Source: Dubosiella newyorkensis (GTDB lineage: Bacteria; Bacillota_I; Bacilli_A; Erysipelotrichales; Erysipelotrichaceae). Taken from it: a stretch of DNA of 30,337 nucleotides. The stretch spans positions 1 to 30,337 of the forward strand of contig NZ_MPKA01000079.1 in the NCBI RefSeq assembly GCF_001945605.1, given 5' to 3'. The notes under the pieces were generated by a model. The model was not told the DNA's origin. It did no database searches and was given only the letters and a program-made list of their open reading frames with translations. The position numbers and the translations under genes are program-made. Shown piece after piece: positions 18,197 through 26,063 of the stretch. Within the stretch, counting starts at the first letter, position 1. Every line of letters begins with the position of its first letter.

Positions 18197-18826
18197 ATGG
18201 AAGGCAATAATAAGAATAAGAAAAAACGGAAACGGCCTCTTTTATGTCTTGTGTCCGCTTGCTTTTTGGCGATGAGCGGCTGTGTGACGATCATTGAAGA
18301 AGAACCGGCCCAACAAGAAGAGAACAGACAACAAGAAGCACAAGAGAAACAAGAAGTACAACAAACAGAACAACCAAAACAAGAGACGCAACCTTCTTCT
18401 GTTCAAGCGAATAATACGTATGGTGAAAAAGTGTATGGAACGTTCGTGAATGCGGGCTATACGATCGTGGATAAGCAAGTCGTTCCTTTGGCGAATGGGA
18501 ATGTGGAGACGGCTTTTGACGCGACCGTTCAAAACGGGAATGTGAAAGTGTTCGTGACGGATTGTGTTTCGAGCGAGTTGGCGCAAAAGACATTTGATGC
18601 CAATATCGCTGCTTCCAAGCAAAACAATATGGAGATCATGGAGCATGGAGCGAATGGAGATTTGTCGGTGGCTGTGGTGCGCAACAATCGGGCGAATTTG
18701 AATTTTGTCAACGCGATCGATTTGAGCGTGCCTTCGACGATCTATATGGAGGATTCTTTGTCTGAACAAATGGAGCCGATGCTTCAGTTGTTGAAGAATC
18801 TAGGCTATCCGGAGGTGGTTCAATAA
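18197..18826 (+). CDS. Lipoprotein with Q/E-rich linker, unknown function
   Basis: Signal peptide plus lipobox LAMSGC. A low-complexity EEPAQQEENRQQEAQEKQEVQQTEQPKQE linker precedes a globular C-terminal domain. Confidence 0.7.
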   Translation: MEGNNKNKKKRKRPLLCLVSACFLAMSGCVTIIEEEPAQQEENRQQEAQEKQEVQQTEQPKQETQPSSVQANNTYGEKVYGTFVNAGYTIVDKQVVPLANGNVETAFDATVQNGNVKVFVTDCVSSELAQKTFDANIAASKQNNMEIMEHGANGDLSVAVVRNNRANLNFVNAIDLSVPSTIYMEDSLSEQMEPMLQLLKNLGYPEVVQ

Positions 18827-18827
18827 T

Positions 18828-19583
18828 ATGGAACATAAAATTAGAAAGCAGGAGGATCTCTATAAGAGGTACGTCCGTCTTCTTTTAGAGAAGGAGAAGA
18901 TCGTGAAAACGAATTTTCAAGTTCAACAGCGATTTATTGAATTGTTTGGCGATCTAAGGCTCGAGATGTTGAAGGTCGAGATCGAGATCGCCAAGATCAA
19001 GAAGGAAATGGAATATTTGGTTCGCAAGAAAAACCGGAACGAATCGTATGATCTTGAAGAGATGGATGATTTTGTCAACCAGGCGCTGGAAGGGATGAAA
19101 GCGCAATACGAGAGGATGAAGGAAGAGCAAGCGCAACTCAAAAACAAGAAGATGTTGAGTCAAGAAGAAGTCAAGGAAGTCAAGAGGCTTTATCGGCGGC
19201 TTGTCAAGCTCGTGCATCCTGATCTCAATCCACACCAAACCAAGGAGCAGAAGGAGTTGTGGCATCAGCTTCAAGAGGCATATCGAAACAATGATCTTGC
19301 TTGGTTGCGGGAATTGAATGTGTTGATCGTTTTTAAAACAAAGGGGCATGAAGAAGTCGAGATCGAAGATCTGGAGGATAAGATCGAAGCGGTGCGAGAA
19401 GAGATCGCGCTATTAAAAGAAGAGGATTTATACCAGATGAGAGAGCTCGTGTTCGATGAGGAATGGATCGATGCGTATAAAGAGCAGTATGAAAGAGAAC
19501 GGTCCGATTTTGAGGTGTATCTTCGTTCGCTGCAGAAGGAGAAAGAGAAACTAATAGGTTCGTTTGGATGTCGTTTGAATTGA
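18828..19583 (+). CDS. J-domain (DnaJ-like) protein with coiled-coil flanks
   Basis: EVKRLYRRLVKLVHPDLNP...LWHQLQEAYRNNDLAWL is a J domain with the HPD motif. It has no G/F or zinc-finger regions. Confidence 0.7.
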   Translation: MEHKIRKQEDLYKRYVRLLLEKEKIVKTNFQVQQRFIELFGDLRLEMLKVEIEIAKIKKEMEYLVRKKNRNESYDLEEMDDFVNQALEGMKAQYERMKEEQAQLKNKKMLSQEEVKEVKRLYRRLVKLVHPDLNPHQTKEQKELWHQLQEAYRNNDLAWLRELNVLIVFKTKGHEEVEIEDLEDKIEAVREEIALLKEEDLYQMRELVFDEEWIDAYKEQYERERSDFEVYLRSLQKEKEKLIGSFGCRLN

Positions 19584-19957
19584 GTTTGAAAGACTTTCCG
19601 CCAAGCTTGATCTTGCCGGGGTCTATTTCGAATTTGTTCGATCCTTTAATCAAGGAGATCTTTTTATTGGATACGTTTGTCGCGGGCACTTCGCATGTAA
19701 AAGATGCTCGGGTGTTTGAATCGTTAAAGAGAAAGGACGCGCTTTTCCTTTGCAGGGAAGAGAATGAATATGACGCGATGGCGATTTTGGTGCTGGATCG
19801 TGATCATTGTAAGCTTGGCTATGTGCCGAAGAAGGATAATTTGATTTTGGCGCGTTTGATGGATGGTGGCAAGCTTTTGAAGGGAAAAGTGGAGTCGGTC
19901 GAGAAAAAGGGCGGATACTGGAAGGTCGAGTTCAAGATTTTTATGATGGATTTTTAA
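19568..19957 (+). CDS. HIRAN domain protein
   Basis: LLDTFVAGTSHV...LFLCREENEYDAMAILVL...KLGYVPKKDNLILARLMDGG matches the HIRAN fold pattern. It overlaps the J-domain gene by 16 nt. The start is uncertain because there is no clear RBS. Confidence 0.6.
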   Translation: MSFELSLKDFPPSLILPGSISNLFDPLIKEIFLLDTFVAGTSHVKDARVFESLKRKDALFLCREENEYDAMAILVLDRDHCKLGYVPKKDNLILARLMDGGKLLKGKVESVEKKGGYWKVEFKIFMMDF

Positions 19958-20000
19958 AAAAGAAGGAAACGGTTTTGGTTTTGTTTCCTTCTTTTTTTTA
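19955..20000. terminator. Bidirectional rho-independent terminator
   Basis: Stem AGAAGGAAAC (19961-19970) pairs with GTTTCCTTCT (19983-19992). An A-run lies on the left and a T-run on the right, between convergent genes. Confidence 0.75.
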
Positions 20001-20474
20001 GTGTTGGGCGGCGTCTTTGATGCAGTCAATGGCTAGTGCGAGCAAAAGTAAAGGAAGCTCGTCTTGTTTTTGTTCATAGTGGATGGCGTAATGGTCGCTA
20101 AGATGCCAATGTTCGGGTTGGATCTTGGCTAAGAGGGTGTTGGTTTGATCATAGATTTCATAGTTCCATCCGAGCAGATCGCCTTGAACGCTCCATCCGT
20201 AATAATCGAGGTCGAGCTTGGTTTTGAGGCTGAGTTTTTGTTGGATCGTGCCGACGGGTTTGTCGTAGAGTTTGAGTTCGAAGCGAGGAAGGCCGAATCG
20301 CAGTTTTTGGATGATCTGGCCGACGTTTTGTTCGTTTTGATCATAGATCGTTTGATTTCTGGCGATTCCTGCTTTTCCTTGGACTGTGTAGAGAAGGTTT
20401 CCTTCTTCGTTTTGGATGGTGTATTGGCCAAAGAGCTTGAATGGTTTTTGGGCGATATAGAGTGTGTGTTTCAT
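19998..20474 (-). CDS. LURP-one-related / tubby-C-like (DUF567, YxjI-like) family protein
   Basis: MKHTLYIAQKPFKLFGQYTIQNEEGNLLYTVQGK...IYDQNEQNVGQIIQK...FELKLYD follows the typical YxjI pattern. I prefer the ATG at 20474 to the GTG at 20483. Confidence 0.6.
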   Translation of the reverse strand: MKHTLYIAQKPFKLFGQYTIQNEEGNLLYTVQGKAGIARNQTIYDQNEQNVGQIIQKLRFGLPRFELKLYDKPVGTIQQKLSLKTKLDLDYYGWSVQGDLLGWNYEIYDQTNTLLAKIQPEHWHLSDHYAIHYEQKQDELPLLLLALAIDCIKDAAQH

Positions 20475-20615
20475 GGATATCACTATATCACAATGTGTTT
20501 TTGGTGGGTTTGTTTTTCGTTCTTTTTTCTTTCTTTTTTAAGGCATTTGACTAGTAGTCATTTTTTAGTTTGGGTATGATGGATTTAAAGATCAAAGATC
20601 TTGGAGGTATTTTGT

Positions 20616-22397
20616 ATGTATTATTCAAGTGGTAATTATGAGGCGTTCGCGCATCCGAGAAAGCCAAAAGATGTGGAGAAGAAATCGGCGCATTTGATCG
20701 GGAGCGGGCTTGCTTCTTTAGCGGCTGCTTGTTTTCTAGTTAGGGATGGGCAGATGCCTGGAGAGAATATTCATATTTATGAAAAGAGTGATCATGCGGG
20801 TGGCGCTTTGGATGGCGATCAGCTGCCGGATGTTGGTTATGTCATGCGGGGTGGCCGGGAAATGGATAATCATTTCGAGTGCATGTGGGATTTGTTTCGT
20901 TCGATTCCTTCGATCGAGGATGAGAACCATTCTATTTTGGATGAGTATTATTGGTTGAATAAGGATGATCCGAATTTTTCGTTGTGTCGGGCGACGATCG
21001 ATCGGGGAAAAGATGCGCATACGGATAAGAAGTTTGGTTTGTCGGACAAGGGGGCTTTGGAGATCGCGAAGTTGTTCATGATGCCGGATGAAGACTTGTA
21101 TGATGTCAAGATCACGGATGTGTTTGACGATGAAGTGTTCAATTCGAATTTCTGGCTGTATTGGAGGACGATGTTCGCGTTCAAGGACGACCAGTCGGCT
21201 TTGGAGATGAAGCGTTATATGCAGAGATATATTCATCATATTGGCGGTCTTCCTGATTTTACGGCGCTTCGTTTTACGAAGTACAACCAGAACGAGTCGA
21301 TGGTGCTTCCGATGGTGAAGTATTTGGAAGATCATGGTGTGCAGTTCCACTACAACACAGATGTGCGGGATGTGGATTTTGATATCAATGATGATTCGAT
21401 CCAGGCTACGTCTTTGACGATCAAACCGGAAGGTAAGGATGACGAGATCATCAATTTAACGGAAAACGATCTCGTATTCTATACGAACGGTTCGAATGTG
21501 GAGAATTCGACGTATGGAGCGCAGGACAAGGCGCCTGGCATGGATGGAGAGATCCACGAGGGTGGTTCGTTTGATTTGTGGCGAAAGATCGCGGTGCACT
21601 CTGACAAGTTTGGAAATCCGGATAAGTTCTGCATGGATCCGGAAGATTCGAACTGGGTGTCGGCGACTGTGAATACGTTGGATGACAAGATCATTCCGTA
21701 TATTGAAAAGATCACGAAGCGCGCGCCTTTGACTGGACATGTCGTGACAGGCGGGATCGTTTCGGTTCCGGATTCGAATTGGCTTCTTTCGTGGACGATC
21801 AATCGTCAGCCGCAATATCGCGACCAGCCAAAAGGGCAAGTGCTCGTTTGGTTGTATGGCATGTTTTCCGATCGTCCTGGCAACTTTGTGAAAAAGTCGA
21901 TGCGGGAGTGCACAGGTAAAGAAATTTGTGAAGAATGGCTGTATCATTTAGGGGTTCCTGAAGATCAGATCGAGGAAATGGCGGAAAAGAGCGCCAATAC
22001 AGTGCCTGTCATGATGCCTTTTGCGAGCGCCTACTTCCAGCCAAGAAAAGATGGCGATCGTCCAAATGTCGTTCCGAAGGGTTCGAAAAACTTCGCGTTT
22101 ATTGGAAACTTTGCCGAAACGCCTAGAGACACTGTCTTTACAACGGAGTATTCGATCCGTACGGGCATGGAGGCTGTGTATACTCTGCTAGATATCGAGC
22201 GTGGCGTTCCGGAAGTCTGGGGCAGCGTATACGATGTTCGAGATTTAATGAACGCGACCGTTCAACTTCGGGATGGCAAGCCGATCACAGATATGGATCT
22301 AGGTTTGATCAAGCGTTTTGAGTTGAAGGAAGCTCTAAAAGCGATCAAAGGCACAGAGATCGAGAAACTCATGAAGGAGCATAAGGTCATTCAATAG
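20616..22397 (+). CDS. ohyA: Oleate hydratase (MCRA / myosin-cross-reactive-antigen family, FAD-dependent)
   Basis: MYYSSGNYEAFAHPRKP...AHLIGSGLASLAAACFLVRDG...GGALDG is the canonical MCRA N-terminus with the FAD GxGxxA motif. The protein is 593 aa. The ATG at 20616 follows GGAGG. Confidence 0.9.
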   Translation: MYYSSGNYEAFAHPRKPKDVEKKSAHLIGSGLASLAAACFLVRDGQMPGENIHIYEKSDHAGGALDGDQLPDVGYVMRGGREMDNHFECMWDLFRSIPSIEDENHSILDEYYWLNKDDPNFSLCRATIDRGKDAHTDKKFGLSDKGALEIAKLFMMPDEDLYDVKITDVFDDEVFNSNFWLYWRTMFAFKDDQSALEMKRYMQRYIHHIGGLPDFTALRFTKYNQNESMVLPMVKYLEDHGVQFHYNTDVRDVDFDINDDSIQATSLTIKPEGKDDEIINLTENDLVFYTNGSNVENSTYGAQDKAPGMDGEIHEGGSFDLWRKIAVHSDKFGNPDKFCMDPEDSNWVSATVNTLDDKIIPYIEKITKRAPLTGHVVTGGIVSVPDSNWLLSWTINRQPQYRDQPKGQVLVWLYGMFSDRPGNFVKKSMRECTGKEICEEWLYHLGVPEDQIEEMAEKSANTVPVMMPFASAYFQPRKDGDRPNVVPKGSKNFAFIGNFAETPRDTVFTTEYSIRTGMEAVYTLLDIERGVPEVWGSVYDVRDLMNATVQLRDGKPITDMDLGLIKRFELKEALKAIKGTEIEKLMKEHKVIQ

Positions 22398-22423
22398 CAG
22401 TTAAAATAAAGCATATAATCACG

Positions 22424-22450
22424 AACCAGTCAGAGATGGCTGGTTTTTTA
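22424..22450 (+). terminator. Probable rho-independent terminator of the oleate hydratase gene; left edge of the AT-rich island
   Basis: Stem AACCAG (22424-22429) pairs with CTGGTT (22440-22445), followed by a T-run. Confidence 0.5.
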
Positions 22451-22673
22451 TATATTGCCTTAGAGTCAATCATCCTTTTAATTGTAAACTTAGTTGAATT
22501 ATTTCTCTCTCATTTATGCGGATATAATTTTATATGTTCAGGATATGTCATTATAATTTGTCCAATTCTTAGAAAATAAATAGAACCATTGTTTAAATTA
22601 TAATTTTGTCCCAAAAAGTAGATTTATGTCTCAGATAGGAGTATTATATGATTAAAGAGGAGTGAGTGGGGCA

Positions 22674-23711
22674 ATGAAAAAGAAATCAGTGCTGAATTTA
22701 ATAAAATATCATTTTGAAAACAATGAAAAGGCTTTTAGATCCGAAGCTTATTCTATTGCTAAGGAATTTAGCCAAACAGGTAATCAGGAATTAGCACAAT
22801 ATATTATGACGTTTCTTTCGAGTTCACAGACTTGGATACCGATGGAAACCAGTCGAAAGTATGAGTTTTTAAATCAAGTCGAGGGAAATGGGGAACCATT
22901 GTTGCTTCCAGAGCTGATTATGAATGAAATTATGGGAATCGCAAATGCGGCAAATCGAAATATGGGGGTCAATAAATTTCTGTTTGAAGGAAAACCTGGT
23001 ACTGGTAAAACGGAGGCAAGCAAGCAACTGGGAAGGATATTAAATCGTCCGGTTTATAGCGTAAGTGTCGAAACTTTGATTGACAGCAAATTGGGACAAA
23101 CTTCAAAAAATATATCTAAACTTTTTAAAGAAATTAATCAATTAGTAAAGATTGAACCATCTATTGTTTTAATTGATGAAATAGATTCTTTCGTTTCGAA
23201 TCGAATGGATCAACAGGATGTCCGAGAAATGAGTCGGGTTACATCGACGATTTTAAAACAGTTTGATCAACTTGATTATCGTGCCACAATTATCGGTACG
23301 ACTAACTTACTGAAACAACTGGACAAAGCCTTAGTAAGAAGATTTGATAAAGTTGTATCGTTTGATCAGTACACCAAGCAAGATCGAATTGAGCTTGCTG
23401 AAAAATTATTAAATCGTTATTTAGCTCAGGCAAAGATTACCACAAAGAATCTGCGTTTATTCAAAAAAATATTGGATTTGAATCTTCCTGAGACGCCTGC
23501 TGAATTAAAGAATATTATTCGTACAGCGATTGCTTTCAGCGATCCTCAGGATGAATCAGATTACCTAGTTCGTTTATATAGTTTAATTACTGAACATTCT
23601 ATTCCGGATGCTCAAGCCTTAAAAGAACAAGGTTTCACTATTCGGGAATCAGAAGTATTGCTCCAAATATCGAGGAGCACGATCAATCGTGAATTAAGGA
23701 GGGGACAATGA
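22674..23711 (+). CDS. AAA+ ATPase (classical AAA clade) with C-terminal helix-turn-helix; IetA-like partner of the downstream S8 protease
   Basis: Walker A GKPGTGKT (22989-23012), Walker B IVLIDEID (23163-23186), sensor-1 GTTN and an RRFD arginine-finger region are present. The C-terminus GFTIRESEVLLQISRSTINRELRRG looks like a resolvase-type HTH. The ATG at 22674 follows AGAGGAG; the GTG at 22662 is the alternative start. Confidence 0.85.
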   Translation: MKKKSVLNLIKYHFENNEKAFRSEAYSIAKEFSQTGNQELAQYIMTFLSSSQTWIPMETSRKYEFLNQVEGNGEPLLLPELIMNEIMGIANAANRNMGVNKFLFEGKPGTGKTEASKQLGRILNRPVYSVSVETLIDSKLGQTSKNISKLFKEINQLVKIEPSIVLIDEIDSFVSNRMDQQDVREMSRVTSTILKQFDQLDYRATIIGTTNLLKQLDKALVRRFDKVVSFDQYTKQDRIELAEKLLNRYLAQAKITTKNLRLFKKILDLNLPETPAELKNIIRTAIAFSDPQDESDYLVRLYSLITEHSIPDAQALKEQGFTIRESEVLLQISRSTINRELRRGQ

Positions 23712-25951
23712 ACAATGTTTTTGAATTACGAGGAGAGATGAATTCAAGCAAACCTAAAAAGAACCGGCCTGTCCCACAGTTGAAAGGGCTGAAAATAGAA
23801 GTGGATACGATTCGAAAGTTTAGAAATCAACTTGAAGAGATCAAACAATTCTGGGAATCGGAAAAATATCTTGATGGTGCGTTGGTAAGTATCCACTATA
23901 AACGAGTGATCCCTAAATCAAGTCGGGTCAATCGTATCCTAGGTACAAAATCGAAGCCAAGTTCTAAATTTATATGTGGAGCAAAATATGATGGGTTTGA
24001 TGAAAATAATATTGGTAAGGCTCATATTATTACCTATTATATTTCGATCGAACAATTAACTGATACGATTCAGCTTTTGAAATTTTTGGAAAATATAACA
24101 GCTACTCGATTTGAAGATACTGCTACCGAAAAAAAGGTTCGTGAGTTAAAACCTTTTTTTAAACAGAATGTTTACAGTTATTCGGAAGTTGTGCAAGGCT
24201 TAGTGGACTTAAAGGAAATTGAAACTTTTTCTATAGAAAAAGAATCTATCAATGAAAATGGGAATCATATGATTTCGTTTTATAAAACATCAACCAATCT
24301 TGATTGCTTATTTGAAAAACTGCATATTGATCCCTTGAATATTGAAAAGATCGACGAACAGACTTACGTGTTTTCAAAGCATGATATGTCTGTCATTTTA
24401 CAAGAAGTTCCTTATCTTGTTTCTATGGGCTTGCAAGATCTAAATGAAGTTTGTCCAATCCAGTTTCAGATTTCGAAACCGCTCTATGAGCTAAAAGAAA
24501 TACCTGATCCAAAGGATGAACCTGTTATTGGAGTCATTGATATGCATTTTAAAAAGGGCTCCACTTATTTAGATAAATGGGTCGATTATAAACGCGTGAC
24601 TTCTGATGAGATTGAATTAGAGGATAACGATTACGAACATGGGACGCGGGTGAGTTCCATTATCGTGGATGGGCCAAGTTTAAATCCTCATTTAGATGAT
24701 CATTGTGGTCGTTTTCGCGTTCGTCATTTCGGTATAGGAGCAAGTGGAAAATTAAATAATTCGACGGCTTTGAAACAGATTCGTGACATTATAGAAGATA
24801 ATCTTGATATTAAAGTTTGGAATATTTCGCTAGGTTCAGAATTTGAAGTCTCTCGAAATTATATGTCTGTTCAAGGGGCTTTGCTTGATGAATTGCAGTT
24901 TAAATATGATATTTTGATTATCGTTGCAGGAACGAATAAACCAGAAAAAATTGGGAATGAATCTTATCGTATTGGCAGTCCAGCAGATTCTCTTAATTCG
25001 ATCGTAGTCAACTCGGTGTCTTTAAAAAAAGAGGTGCCTTCTTATGCGCGTAAAGGTCCTGTGCTTTCTTTTTTTATAAAACCTGATGTTTCTTATTATG
25101 GAGGAACAGTTGAAGAGCCCATTCAGGTTGTGACTGCTTCTGGAGATATTACGCAAACGAGGGGTACGAGTTATGCTGCTCCTTGGATTGCCCGAAAAGC
25201 TTCTTATCTGATTGATAAAATGGGTATTTCTCGCGAAGTGGCCAAAGCATTGCTGATCGATAGTGCTGCCGGTTGGGGCAACCAGCAGAAATTTGATGTA
25301 GGTTATGGAGTTGTTCCAGTCTCTATTGATGATGTACTTCAATCAAAAGATAATGAAATTCGATTCGTAATGAGTGGAAAAATGAGAAATACTGAAATCT
25401 ATACACATCGTCTTCCAGTAAATTTGATTGATGGAAAGCATCCATTTAAAGCAAAAGTTACGATGACCTATTTTCCAAAATGCGACAGATATAGTGGCGT
25501 TGATTATTCTTGTACAGAACTTGATGTCCATTTTGGAAGAGTGTATGAGGATAAAAAAGGCAGTTTTCAAATTAAATCAATCGATGCCAATCATCAAGGA
25601 GATGATGGGATTCATGTGTGTTATGAGAAGACGGCCCGAAAAACGTTTCGGAAATGGGATAATGTGAAGCATCTTGAGGAAAAAGTCAATGAAAGATCAA
25701 AAGATGTGAAAGCGATGACTGAGAAAGGGTTCTGGGGCATTAAAATCAATGAAAAAGAAAGACAGGATGAAAAATATGGAGAAGATATTGATTTTGGATT
25801 GGTCATTACTCTCAAAGAAATACATGATGAAAACCGCTATACAGATTTTATCAACCGGTGCATTGCTCATGGATGGATCGTGAATGAAATCAATATTGAA
25901 AACAGAACAGCGATTTACAATGTTGCGGAAGAAGAAATCGAATGGGATTAA
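23708..25951 (+). CDS. Intracellular subtilisin-like serine protease (peptidase S8) with unassigned N- and C-terminal domains; IetS-like
   Basis: The ATG overlaps the ATPase stop (ATGA at 23708-23711) and RBS AAGGAGGGG lies upstream. The triad is in D-H-S order: VIGVIDMH (Asp codon 24539-24541), EHGTRVSS (His 24638-24640) and GTSYAAPW (Ser 25169-25171), with the oxyanion Asn in WNISLG. No signal peptide or TM segment is present. Confidence 0.85.
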   Translation: MNNVFELRGEMNSSKPKKNRPVPQLKGLKIEVDTIRKFRNQLEEIKQFWESEKYLDGALVSIHYKRVIPKSSRVNRILGTKSKPSSKFICGAKYDGFDENNIGKAHIITYYISIEQLTDTIQLLKFLENITATRFEDTATEKKVRELKPFFKQNVYSYSEVVQGLVDLKEIETFSIEKESINENGNHMISFYKTSTNLDCLFEKLHIDPLNIEKIDEQTYVFSKHDMSVILQEVPYLVSMGLQDLNEVCPIQFQISKPLYELKEIPDPKDEPVIGVIDMHFKKGSTYLDKWVDYKRVTSDEIELEDNDYEHGTRVSSIIVDGPSLNPHLDDHCGRFRVRHFGIGASGKLNNSTALKQIRDIIEDNLDIKVWNISLGSEFEVSRNYMSVQGALLDELQFKYDILIIVAGTNKPEKIGNESYRIGSPADSLNSIVVNSVSLKKEVPSYARKGPVLSFFIKPDVSYYGGTVEEPIQVVTASGDITQTRGTSYAAPWIARKASYLIDKMGISREVAKALLIDSAAGWGNQQKFDVGYGVVPVSIDDVLQSKDNEIRFVMSGKMRNTEIYTHRLPVNLIDGKHPFKAKVTMTYFPKCDRYSGVDYSCTELDVHFGRVYEDKKGSFQIKSIDANHQGDDGIHVCYEKTARKTFRKWDNVKHLEEKVNERSKDVKAMTEKGFWGIKINEKERQDEKYGEDIDFGLVITLKEIHDENRYTDFINRCIAHGWIVNEINIENRTAIYNVAEEEIEWD

Positions 25952-26063
25952 TGGAAAAGAAGCTCAGTGAAGATCTGAGAATCGGTATATAGTTGTTCAG
26001 GATATGCTTTCAAAGCAATACTATATATTGAAAAGATTATAAGAAGGAGTAAAAAGACGACTT

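Noticed and set aside
18297-18390. Apparent tandem CAAGAAG / CAACAA repetition that could be mistaken for a repeat element or array
   Set aside because: It is in frame within the lipoprotein gene and encodes a Q/E-rich low-complexity linker. There is no spacer/repeat periodicity.
20591-20606. AAGATC-AAA-GATCTT inverted repeat just upstream of the oleate hydratase RBS, as a possible operator
   Set aside because: It has only 6-bp arms built from the GATC-containing hexamers that are ubiquitous in this genome. It is indistinguishable from background.
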